IMG/VR virus record: IMGVR_UViG_3300033998_000166
Coordinates: 1 to 34,701 of that record
Direction: 5' to 3' (one strand)
Length of the DNA stretch: 34,701 bases
Source: a virus
Numbering within the stretch: position 1 is the first letter of the stretch; each line of letters opens with the position of its first letter. This document shows, piece by piece, positions 5,861 through 13,546 of this stretch. The notes below the pieces were generated by a model. It worked only from the letters and a program-made list of their open reading frames with translations, had not been told where the DNA came from and did no database searches. The position numbers were made by a program, and so were the translations under genes.

Positions 5861-6993
5861 CCATTATTTTCCATTTTCTTATATAGAAGTCGCTCGATTA
5901 TGTCGGCGGCTTCTTTTTTCATTGCATCATTTACATGCGTGTATACTTCTTCCGTTATGGCCGTGGTAGAATGACCGAGCCAGTCGGCAACAATCTTGGG
6001 GGAAAGCTTGCCGTATCCCATCAATAGTGTGCTGTTCGTATGCCGCAGGTCGTGGAAGCGAATCCTGGGAAGATTGTTCTTTTCTATGAATTCTTGAAAT
6101 CGTTTTGTGAAGGTGGATGGGTTCCAGGGTTCGCCGTTCTGCCGACATACGACAAGACTGTAGTCCTTGTATTCGGGGCCCAGGAATAATTTTATCTCCA
6201 TCTGCTTTTTGCGGTGGGCTTTAAGAAGCACGATTAGACCATCGGGCAGATACATTTTGCGCTGACTTTCCTCCGTTTTAGGTTCTTTGAAGAAAATTTC
6301 CCCGGGGACCCGGGCAAGTGCTCGTCTGATTTCCAGGTATCCCTTTTGTAGGTTCACGTCACTCCATCGAAGACCAAGAATCTCGCCCCTGCGCAGGCCG
6401 AGGGCGGCGGCAAGGTGGATGGGCACCTCGAATTCCGTTCCCCGTGCGGCCTGCATAATTTGAATAAGGTCCTCCAACTCCAGGGCTTTACCTGGAGTTT
6501 TTTGTTTCTTGGGACAATTTACGAACTGAAGGGGGTTGCGTTCAATAAGTTGCATTCTTGCCGCGTAGTTAAGGGCGCTTGACAAGGTTCGGTATATATT
6601 TCGAACCGTTGTGGAACTCAAACGTCCTTCCTGGAGCAGGTTGGAAAAGAATTTATTGAGTTGCATGGGGTGAAGTTTTTGAAGCGGTATTTTACCGAGA
6701 GCGGGAACGATATATTTTTCTACATGCAATTTATAGCCTTCCAGTGTTGTTTTGGAAAGTCTTGGTTCGCACTGCGTCCACAACCATTCCTGCAGGAATT
6801 CGCCTAACGTCATTTTTTGCGGTTCAAGTAGCAGCCCTGCCTGGGCTTTCTTTAGAAGCTCGGGCAGGGCTTTTTCTGCATCGGACTTTTTATCAAAGCC
6901 TGAATACCACTTCCTTTTTCTTTTACCAGACGCGTCGTATACGTCCAGCACGATGTAATATTTATTCCCCTTCTTGACGATGGACCCTCGCAT
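5842..6993 (-). CDS. int: Tyrosine integrase with an N-terminal arm-binding (AP2-like) domain
   Basis: Catalytic context: LRRGE, HDLRHT, GHSTTAITEEVYTH. The start is taken at the ATG preceded by GGAGGAGG (MRGSIVKKGNKYYIV), not the ORF-track TTG at 7011. Confidence 0.9.
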   Translation of the reverse strand: MRGSIVKKGNKYYIVLDVYDASGKRKRKWYSGFDKKSDAEKALPELLKKAQAGLLLEPQKMTLGEFLQEWLWTQCEPRLSKTTLEGYKLHVEKYIVPALGKIPLQKLHPMQLNKFFSNLLQEGRLSSTTVRNIYRTLSSALNYAARMQLIERNPLQFVNCPKKQKTPGKALELEDLIQIMQAARGTEFEVPIHLAAALGLRRGEILGLRWSDVNLQKGYLEIRRALARVPGEIFFKEPKTEESQRKMYLPDGLIVLLKAHRKKQMEIKLFLGPEYKDYSLVVCRQNGEPWNPSTFTKRFQEFIEKNNLPRIRFHDLRHTNSTLLMGYGKLSPKIVADWLGHSTTAITEEVYTHVNDAMKKEAADIIERLLYKKMENNGSVEIR

Positions 6994-7007
6994 TATATCC
7001 TCCTCCC

Positions 7008-7688
7008 TCAAAAATTGATTATTGCCCTTACTACTTTCCCAAGAACAATTACGTTGGTCTTAGAGGGGTCAATTACTCTGGGTTTGTGTTCCGGGTTGGA
7101 ACTATGCGGAACTAGCGTTATCGTTGAATCGGTTTTGTAAAAGCGTTTTATCGTTGCATTTTCATTATCCACCATCACCACTGCAATTTCGCCGTTGTTA
7201 ACTACGCTTTGCCTTCGCACTATAACTATATCGCCATCGCATATTCTATCCAGGTTCATACTGTCGCCGATAACTCTGAGCCCGAAATATTCTCCATCCT
7301 TTGCCAAATCTTCTGGGAGCTCTACGTATCCTATAATGTTTTGAACCGCCAAAATTGGTTCTCCTGCTCGAATAATGCCGACAACGGGGATTTTTACTGC
7401 TGGGGTTAAAGGGATTTCTTCTCTGGCTATTAAGTCTATGAAGTTAAGGTCCGGGTCGCTTCTGCTTTCATCCCCTCTTTTGATGAGCTCGCTAGGATTA
7501 ACCCCAAGAACGTTTGCAATGGCGGACAATTTTTGTAAACTCGGACTAAAACGCCCGCCTTCCAGGTCGGCAAGATAGCTTTGGGATATGCCGCACTTCT
7601 CCGCTAGCTGTTTTTGCGTCAATCCTGCCTCTTTCCGCAATTCCTTTATCCTTTTACCTACCATTTTTTGAAATTCTTTCTTTTCCAT
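7008..7688 (-). CDS. CI/LexA-like repressor (XRE HTH plus S24 peptidase)
   Basis: HTH segment LTQKQLAEKCGISQSYLADLE. Putative Ala-Gly cleavage context IIRAGEP. S24 motifs GDSMNL and ATIKRF. The gene is divergent from the cro-like gene. Confidence 0.9.
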   Translation of the reverse strand: MEKKEFQKMVGKRIKELRKEAGLTQKQLAEKCGISQSYLADLEGGRFSPSLQKLSAIANVLGVNPSELIKRGDESRSDPDLNFIDLIAREEIPLTPAVKIPVVGIIRAGEPILAVQNIIGYVELPEDLAKDGEYFGLRVIGDSMNLDRICDGDIVIVRRQSVVNNGEIAVVMVDNENATIKRFYKTDSTITLVPHSSNPEHKPRVIDPSKTNVIVLGKVVRAIINF

Positions 7689-7731
7689 TCAGACACCTCC
7701 TTTCGCATATTTTATCAATATCTCCGCTATT

Positions 7732-7760
7732 ATAATATCATTATTTACGATATTTTGCAA
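7732..7760 (-). promoter_or_regulatory. Leftward promoter (repressor/int)
   Basis: On the - strand: TTGCAA, 17-nt spacer, TATTAT. Confidence 0.6.
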
Positions 7761-7815
7761 GTAAAAAGAAGAAAAAATCCGAATAACAAAGAACGATAAC
7801 ATTTTCGTCCAAGAT

Positions 7816-7832
7816 TTCGTGAAATACACGAA
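7816..7832. promoter_or_regulatory. Palindromic candidate operator TTCGTG-AAATA-CACGAA
   Basis: Perfect 6-bp arms, located immediately upstream of the rightward -35. Confidence 0.5.
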
Positions 7833-7841
7833 TCGTTACAC

Positions 7842-7870
7842 TTGAAAAATATCGGGAATATTGATATTAT
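7842..7870 (+). promoter_or_regulatory. Rightward early promoter
   Basis: TTGAAA, 17-nt spacer, TATTAT. Its reverse complement matches 7732-7760 at 25 of 29 positions. Confidence 0.6.
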
Positions 7871-7892
7871 TGGAATCGAAGGAGGGGAGGAA

Positions 7893-8135
7893 ATGAGGGG
7901 GAAAATCGGGGAAATGGTCGAAAATGCGCCATGGAATAAAAAAATTGCCGTGCTACGCATCTTGAAAGGGTGGACGCAGGAAGAAGCAGCAGAAAAATGT
8001 GGCACGGACCAGAGGATTTATTGGAACTGGGAAAACGGCATTTCATACCCCAGGACCATTAGCCGACGCGCCATTGCAAGGGCATTCGGCGTGCCGGTCG
8101 AGGAAATATTCGGAAGGGGTGAAAAGGTTGGCTAA
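7893..8135 (+). CDS. Cro-like XRE-family HTH regulator
   Basis: ATG follows GGAGGGGAGG. HTH segment WTQEEAAEKCGTDQRIYWNWENG. Confidence 0.75.
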   Translation: MRGKIGEMVENAPWNKKIAVLRILKGWTQEEAAEKCGTDQRIYWNWENGISYPRTISRRAIARAFGVPVEEIFGRGEKVG

Positions 8136-8391
8136 AACCTGCTACGACCCCAGAAACGCTGCATACCGCATCGAGGATATGCCGTTTCTTCTTACAGTTT
8201 CGGAAACGGCAAAAATCCTGCGGTGCGGCAAAAACAAAGTATATGAACTTGCAAAGACGGAAAAAGATTTCCCAGCCATCCGGTTATCAGGGGCTATCAG
8301 AATACAGAGAGATGGTCTGATACGGTGGCTGGAAAGAAGAGTGAAAGGAGGGGGAAATGATGCTGAGGCTATCGAGAGAAACCGAAGATAA
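8128..8391 (+). CDS. Excisionase-type (HTH_17) DNA-binding protein; start uncertain (8128 TTG or 8179 ATG)
   Basis: The segment LLTVSETAKILRCGKNKVYELAKTEKDFPAIRLSGAIRIQRDGLIRWLE fits the Xis/AlpA-type winged helix. The N-terminal part of ORF-track 7999..8391 overlaps the cro-like gene. Confidence 0.6.
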   Translation: MAKTCYDPRNAAYRIEDMPFLLTVSETAKILRCGKNKVYELAKTEKDFPAIRLSGAIRIQRDGLIRWLERRVKGGGNDAEAIERNRR

Positions 8392-8527
8392 GGTCCAGAG
8401 ATTCCTGGACGCCACCACCGCCTTGGTATGGACCAAGGTAATGTGGAATATTTGTGCAATGCTGGGTTACGGCTTACTTGCATGGCTGATTATTGGTTTG
8501 TTTGAGCAATTGCAAGCACTTATATGA
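8357..8527 (+). CDS. Small membrane protein (56 aa; below the ORF-track cutoff)
   Basis: ATG follows AAAGGAGGGGG. Hand translation gives MMLRLSRETEDKVQRFLDATTALVWTKVMWNICAMLGYGLLAWLIIGLFEQLQALI, which contains one TM helix. Confidence 0.5.
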   Translation: MMLRLSRETEDKVQRFLDATTALVWTKVMWNICAMLGYGLLAWLIIGLFEQLQALI

Positions 8528-8543
8528 GAAGGGGGTGAAAGAG

Positions 8544-8702
8544 GTGGAACGACTATTTACTATTACATGCAAACCCCAAGAAATAAAGAAAAAGCTCCGC
8601 CAGATAAAGCAGGAGCTTATAAGGGAAAATGTTATTCGATTTCAGTATAACACAAATCGGGAGGCAAGAAAAGATGATAAAGGCTATTTATATATGCGAT
8701 AG
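8544..8702 (+). CDS. Small hypothetical protein; weak call
   Basis: In-frame GTG inside ORF-track 8493..8702, after AGAAGGGGG. It overlaps its neighbours. Confidence 0.3.
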   Translation: MERLFTITCKPQEIKKKLRQIKQELIRENVIRFQYNTNREARKDDKGYLYMR

Positions 8703-8946
8703 GTGCAAAAGTGAAGCCGCTTTAACATTTAAAAATGCATTTTCATTTAGGTACCCAGAAGGATGGCATTTTATCACAACTAAAATTATGGGAACAAAAG
8801 TGGAAGCGGAATACTTCTTGTGCCCGGATTGTTGCAACAAATTAGGGCTAAATGAACCAATTATCCAAGAAGAAGATAAAAAATCTGTCGCCGATAGACT
8901 AATTGAATGCATCGAAGAAATTGTCGAATCGCTCATGGAGGGTTAG
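8674..8946 (+). CDS. Hypothetical zinc-ribbon-like protein (CxxC...CxxC)
   Basis: ATG 8674 follows GGGAGG. The protein has CDRC near the N-terminus and CPDCC later. Confidence 0.6.
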   Translation: MIKAIYICDRCKSEAALTFKNAFSFRYPEGWHFITTKIMGTKVEAEYFLCPDCCNKLGLNEPIIQEEDKKSVADRLIECIEEIVESLMEG

Positions 8947-8948
8947 AA

Positions 8949-10646
8949 GTGATAGAAGTATTCCGGCGGCCAATATTTAGCAAGCCGCAAATTCGAATAC
9001 AAAACAACCAAATATACCTGAAATGCGACTTCGCAGACAAGGATAAGGCGAAAGAGATACCAGGATATCGCTGGGACCGGGAGCAAAAATGCTGGGTGTA
9101 TCCGCTGTCACTTGAAGTCTACAAACAAATATGTGAGCACTTCCCCGACGTGGAGGCCGACAATGTGACAAATGCAATTCTGAACGATATGATAGCCCGA
9201 GCACATTATGTTACAAAGGCGAAGCTGGCAGGATGGGAGAAAGTAGAGCCGCTTAAACCGATGCCAGTTAAGGTCAAGCCATTCCGCCACCAAATCCTTG
9301 GCTACAATATAGGCATTACCCTTCCTAATGTTGCCCTCCTTATGGAAATGGGGACCGGCAAGAGTCTTACCGCCCTAGCAATAGCCGGCAGGCGATACCT
9401 AGACGGACAAATCAAAAAACTTCTCATTGTATGCCCTACCAGTATTATGTTCGTCTGGCACGACGAATTCGAGAAATTCGCAAACTTCCCGTATTCACTG
9501 CTGGTGCTCGATGGTCCGGTCCAGAAACGAATCGAGCGGCTCCAGGAATTTAAGGGGGAAGGCCTCCAGGTTGCCGTCATAAACTACGAATCGGTGTGGC
9601 GCATGGAGGATGAGCTCCGTAGGTGGGAGCCGGACATGATTATTTCCGATGAATCCCAACGCATCAAGACACCTTCGGCCCAACAGTCCAAAGCCATGCA
9701 CCGCCTGGGCAAAATCGCAAAATACCGCATGATTCTTACGGGGACACCGGTCACCCAGGGGCCGCTAGACTTCTTCTCACAATACAAATTCCTGGACCCG
9801 ACCATCTTCGGCAACAGTTTTTACGCCTTTAGAGCCAGATACGCCGTTATGGGCGGCTATGAAAACCGGCAGGTGGTCCGGTATCAGAACCTGCCGGAGT
9901 TGATAGAGAAGGCCCACAGTATAGCTTTCCGCGTCACGAAAGCCGAAGCGCTGGACCTGCCGGAGCAGATAGACCAAATTCGCTATTGCGAACTGGAGCC
10001 CAAAGCCACGAGAATATACGAGCAGATGCGGCGGGAATGCATCGCGGAGCTCGAAAACGAGAAGGTCGTCACGGCAGCGAACGTGCTCTCAAAGCTGCTC
10101 CGGCTCCAGCAAATTACCGGCGGGTTCCTGGGGGACGGCGAGGGTGGCGTCCAGAAGGTAAGCAACGCCAAGCTGGATGTTCTTCGGGAGATTCTGGAGG
10201 ACATCGTTATCGACAACGGAAAAAAGGTCGTCATTTTTGCCCGGTTTCGGCCGGAGATAGCGGCCATCGAAAAATTGTTAACAGATATGGCACTGCACTA
10301 CGGCACAATTACAGGCGATACGCCGATGAAGGAAAGAGGGGAAAAGGTCCACGCATTCCAGACCGGAGCAAGTATAAATGTATTCGTGGCACAGCTCCAA
10401 ACGGCGGGGCTCGGGATAACACTCTCGGCAGCAGATACGGCGGTGTTCTACAGCCTGGATTTCAGCTTCGCAAACTACGACCAGGCCAGAGCAAGATTAC
10501 ATCGTATCGGCCAAAAAAACAACGTCACAAATATTCACATTATCGCTAAAGGAACAGTGGATGAAAAAGTTATGAAAGCCCTGGCGAAGAAGAAGAACCT
10601 GGCGGACCTGGTGGTGGATGGGTGGAGGCAGGTGTTTGAACCATGA
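8949..10646 (+). CDS. SNF2-family helicase
   Basis: GTG follows GGAGGG. Walker A is MGTGKSL. Motif II is DESQRIK. Other motifs: LTGTPVTQGPLDFFSQYKFLDP and the C-terminal QARARLHRIGQ. Confidence 0.9.
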   Translation: MIEVFRRPIFSKPQIRIQNNQIYLKCDFADKDKAKEIPGYRWDREQKCWVYPLSLEVYKQICEHFPDVEADNVTNAILNDMIARAHYVTKAKLAGWEKVEPLKPMPVKVKPFRHQILGYNIGITLPNVALLMEMGTGKSLTALAIAGRRYLDGQIKKLLIVCPTSIMFVWHDEFEKFANFPYSLLVLDGPVQKRIERLQEFKGEGLQVAVINYESVWRMEDELRRWEPDMIISDESQRIKTPSAQQSKAMHRLGKIAKYRMILTGTPVTQGPLDFFSQYKFLDPTIFGNSFYAFRARYAVMGGYENRQVVRYQNLPELIEKAHSIAFRVTKAEALDLPEQIDQIRYCELEPKATRIYEQMRRECIAELENEKVVTAANVLSKLLRLQQITGGFLGDGEGGVQKVSNAKLDVLREILEDIVIDNGKKVVIFARFRPEIAAIEKLLTDMALHYGTITGDTPMKERGEKVHAFQTGASINVFVAQLQTAGLGITLSAADTAVFYSLDFSFANYDQARARLHRIGQKNNVTNIHIIAKGTVDEKVMKALAKKKNLADLVVDGWRQVFEP

Positions 10647-10807
10647 ACATATCCAGGGAGCAGATGCTCCATTTCGTGAGCGAAATGGAAGATATTGCAC
10701 TGATGGCTCTTGAGGGGAAGGTCACAAAGCAAGCCCTCGAGGCTCAATTCAGAATCATCCGCGAGAATATCGAAAGGTGGGAGGAATTTGCAGGAGACAA
10801 TATTTGA
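10643..10807 (+). CDS. Small hypothetical protein (54 aa; below the ORF-track cutoff)
   Basis: ATGA overlap with the SNF2 stop codon. Hand translation gives MNISREQMLHFVSEMEDIALMALEGKVTKQALEAQFRIIRENIERWEEFAGDNI. Confidence 0.45.
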   Translation: MNISREQMLHFVSEMEDIALMALEGKVTKQALEAQFRIIRENIERWEEFAGDNI

Positions 10808-11198
10808 ACTCGCAGCGAAATTGAAAACGCTGCGGGAAGAAAAGAAAGAGATGGAGGAACGGCTTAAAGCCATTGAATCAGAAATCGAAGAAACGGAAAA
10901 CCAGTTATCCCAGGAAATGGTTAACGCCGAAATTCAAAACTTCAACAAAGACGGAACAACCTTCTACCTGCAAATCAAGACCTATGCTAGCATAAAACCC
11001 GAATTTAAACAGCAAGTCTACGACTGGCTCAAGGCCAACGGATTCGAATCCTTAGTCTACGAGACGGTCAACGCTCAAAGATTTTCAGCTTTCATTAAGG
11101 AGCTCCTGGAGGAAGTAGATGAACTTCCCAGCGAGCTCAAAGATAAAGTCAACGTTTTTGAAAAAATTACTGTCGGCATGAGGAAGGCCGGCAAATAA
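10788..11198 (+). CDS. Coiled-coil protein resembling siphovirus Gp157 family
   Basis: TTG follows GGTGGGAGG. There is an N-terminal heptad-rich segment, and the C-terminal part reads ETVNAQRFSAFIKELLEE. The family assignment is from memory only. Confidence 0.5.
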   Translation: MQETIFELAAKLKTLREEKKEMEERLKAIESEIEETENQLSQEMVNAEIQNFNKDGTTFYLQIKTYASIKPEFKQQVYDWLKANGFESLVYETVNAQRFSAFIKELLEEVDELPSELKDKVNVFEKITVGMRKAGK

Positions 11199-11219
11199 AA
11201 AAGACAGGAGGATGAGCTT

Positions 11220-11957
11220 ATGGCGAACGAACTTGCGGTCATTAATGATTTTCAATTCCCCGCAGTAGAAGGCATGGGGTCCATATTTCAGGAAGAAATG
11301 CAGGGGTTATCTTTCACCTTCGACCGCGTAAAAATTCCAAGCGGTGGCGGGTTGGCTTTCGAGGTCCCTGGCGATGATGAAGAAAATCCGGATATGGTAA
11401 AGGAAATTGTCGGCGTCATTGTAGACCATTACCCCGTGAACGCTTACTGGCAGGACAAATACGCAGGGCAGAACAATCCGCCGAACTGCGCCAGCATGGA
11501 CGGCGTAAAGGGCGTTGACAGGGACACGGGCGAAGTCCGGACCTGCAATTCCTGCCCCTATAACGCATTCGGCACGGCCGAGGACGGCCGGGGTAAGGCC
11601 TGCAAGAACATGCACCGAATATACATCCTGCGTAACGGCGAGTTGTTTCCCCTGCTGCTTACCCTGCCGCCGACATCGCTCAAGAATTTTGCAAACTACC
11701 TGGCGAAGCGGGTTCTTGGCCGTGGCAAGAAAAGCCACGAAGTTGTCACAAAGATTAGTCTCAAGAAAGCTACATCAAGCCAGGGCATTGCATATTCCCA
11801 GGCGGCGTTCTCGCTGGTGGGTGTATTACCCCCGGAGGTCGCTGAAAAGATGAAAGTATATGCCGAACAGATACGGCCATTTACTAGGAACTTGCAGATT
11901 ACGCAGGACGAGGCTATCGAGGCCGAAGCCGCGTCCGGGGGAAATCTCCCGTTTTAA
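11220..11957 (+). CDS. Hypothetical Cys-containing protein of the replication/recombination module
   Basis: RBS is AGGAGG. Motifs seen: VKIPSGGGLAFEV, PPNCASMDG, CNSCPYNAFG, GKACKN. No family was confidently recognised. Confidence 0.7.
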   Translation: MANELAVINDFQFPAVEGMGSIFQEEMQGLSFTFDRVKIPSGGGLAFEVPGDDEENPDMVKEIVGVIVDHYPVNAYWQDKYAGQNNPPNCASMDGVKGVDRDTGEVRTCNSCPYNAFGTAEDGRGKACKNMHRIYILRNGELFPLLLTLPPTSLKNFANYLAKRVLGRGKKSHEVVTKISLKKATSSQGIAYSQAAFSLVGVLPPEVAEKMKVYAEQIRPFTRNLQITQDEAIEAEAASGGNLPF

Positions 11958-12014
11958 TCCAGAGCGGGCCGGTTCGGCCCGCTCTCACAAAAATACGGAG
12001 GAGGCTAAAGAAAA

Positions 12015-12761
12015 ATGATTAGAACTGCAAAATACAACGTCGAGATAGAATTTATCGAGCCGATACTCGGTTCCTTGCCGGCGGACCCGGCGGTCTATAC
12101 GAATTATATTGCATCCAAGGCGCCCTCAACATGGCAGCACGACGAAGAAGTAGAGCTTGCCGATGCCAGGGCGGACGAGATGAATTTGGATAAAGGAATT
12201 ACCGTATTCGCAAGGGATGAAAAGGGCTTATTCCTCTACAACTATCACGTCAAAGGCTTTCTTAAGGAAGTTGCAAACATGCTCAAAGATAATTTCGGCA
12301 TACCGAACTTACGCTCTAAGATAGATTATTACGTATACGTGCAGCCCAGGCGCATTTATCTTACTCGGCCCAACGGCAGAATCATACAGGAAGAAGATGA
12401 AATTTTCGAACGCCCGCTCCGTGCAAAGACGGCACAAGGAGAACGCGTCGCACTTGCGGCCTCGGAACGCATTAATCCGCCGTGCAAAATACAATTCACG
12501 CTGGAAATTGTGGAAAATTCAGCGGGAATTACGTGGGAGCTACTGCAGGAAATATGCAAATTCGGCCGCCTGAAAGGATTAGGCCAATGGCGGAACGGTG
12601 GCTGGGGGCAATTCGAACTAAAAACCTTTGAACTCGCACCCGGCTCAAAGCACCTGGAACCGATAGAGAAAGTATCGGGCAATAAAAAGAAAGCCGAAGA
12701 AAGTGAAGGCGAAGAAAAGAAGCGCAGGGGCCGCAAGAAGAAAGAAGAAAGTGCGGCCTAA
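12015..12761 (+). CDS. Hypothetical protein with RAMP-like signatures and a K/E/R-rich tail
   Basis: RBS is GGAGGAGG. The segment GLGQWRNGGWG (aa 188-198; nt 12576-12608) fits the RAMP glycine-rich loop pattern GhGxxxxxGhG. Also present are IEPILGSLP, YHVKGFLKE and the C-terminal tail KKKAEESEGEEKKRRGRKKKEESAA. Confidence 0.75.
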   Translation: MIRTAKYNVEIEFIEPILGSLPADPAVYTNYIASKAPSTWQHDEEVELADARADEMNLDKGITVFARDEKGLFLYNYHVKGFLKEVANMLKDNFGIPNLRSKIDYYVYVQPRRIYLTRPNGRIIQEEDEIFERPLRAKTAQGERVALAASERINPPCKIQFTLEIVENSAGITWELLQEICKFGRLKGLGQWRNGGWGQFELKTFELAPGSKHLEPIEKVSGNKKKAEESEGEEKKRRGRKKKEESAA

Positions 12762-12893
12762 CAAAGGCGAGGTAAAGTGGAGTGATGCTAAGGTAATGCA
12801 AAGCCTGGCATTGTAACAGCAAAGTAAGGCGCTGCTAAGTTTAGGAACGGCAAGGCGATGCTTTGTGATAGGAAAGTAAAGCATTGCACCGCC

Positions 12894-13000
12894 CTCCGCA
12901 GCGGTTAAGCATCGTTCGGCATAGCAACGGCGCTGCGGAGTCAAGTCAAGCAGGGGTAATGCAATCCGCCGTTCGGCAAAAGCAGAGCCCTGCTGACTTG
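12894..13000 (+). other. Two abutting long hairpins
   Basis: First stem: CTCCGCAGCG (12894-12903) pairs with CGCTGCGGAG (12931-12940). Second stem: CAAGTCAAGCAGGG (12942-12955) pairs with CCCTGCTGACTTG (12988-13000), giving 13 bp and one bulged A. Both loops contain CGTTCGGCA. Confidence 0.6.
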
Positions 13001-13447
13001 GCAATGGCATCGCGTTGTTCAGCTACGGCTTTGAATGGTGGGGCAAAAGCAAAAGCCTGCATAGCACGGCAAAGGCACGACATGGCATGGCAGTGTTATG
13101 CAATGGTGCGGTGCTGCGATGCAAAGGCGGAGCTAGACACGGCGAGGTTGTGGTGATGTTCAGTGATGCATAGGTATGGCAGGGTAAAGCGAGGGCGTCG
13201 TTCTGCGATGCATAGTGGAGCATAGGAAAGGCAAGCCGTAGCAAGGCCAAGGAGGAGCATTGCTCAACGATGCAGAGCAGGGTAGGGGCTGAGCGGAGCT
13301 GAGCAAAGCGATACGATGCAGCAGTTAGGCTAGGCAGGGCGATGCTGAGGCTGAGCGAGGCAACGTAACGGTACTGTTTAGTATTGTTTAGCAAGGTGCT
13401 GCATAGCATCGCGGCGTTGCGTAAGTTTTGCATAAGTTTTGCAAGTA

Positions 13448-13546
13448 AGCATAGGTATTGCGTGGTCTTGTATGGTATAGCATAGGCACAGCGTAGTCTT
13501 GTATGGTATAGCATAGGCACAGCGTAGTCTTGTATGGTATAGCATG
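13448..13546. repeat. 31-bp tandem repeat, about 3 copies
   Basis: The unit GTCTTGTATGGTATAGCATAGGCACAGCGTA is exact at 13465-13495 and 13496-13526. A partial third copy runs from 13527, and a degenerate copy lies upstream from 13448. Confidence 0.9.

Noticed and set aside
9986-10549. 187-aa + strand ORF (Arg/Gly-rich) inside the SNF2 gene
   Set aside because: It is an off-frame read of a confidently motif-supported helicase gene, and its composition is skewed and low-complexity.
13448-13546. The 31-bp repeats as a CRISPR array
   Set aside because: The copies abut directly with no spacers. There are only about 3 copies, the repeat has no palindromic core, and no cas genes are present.
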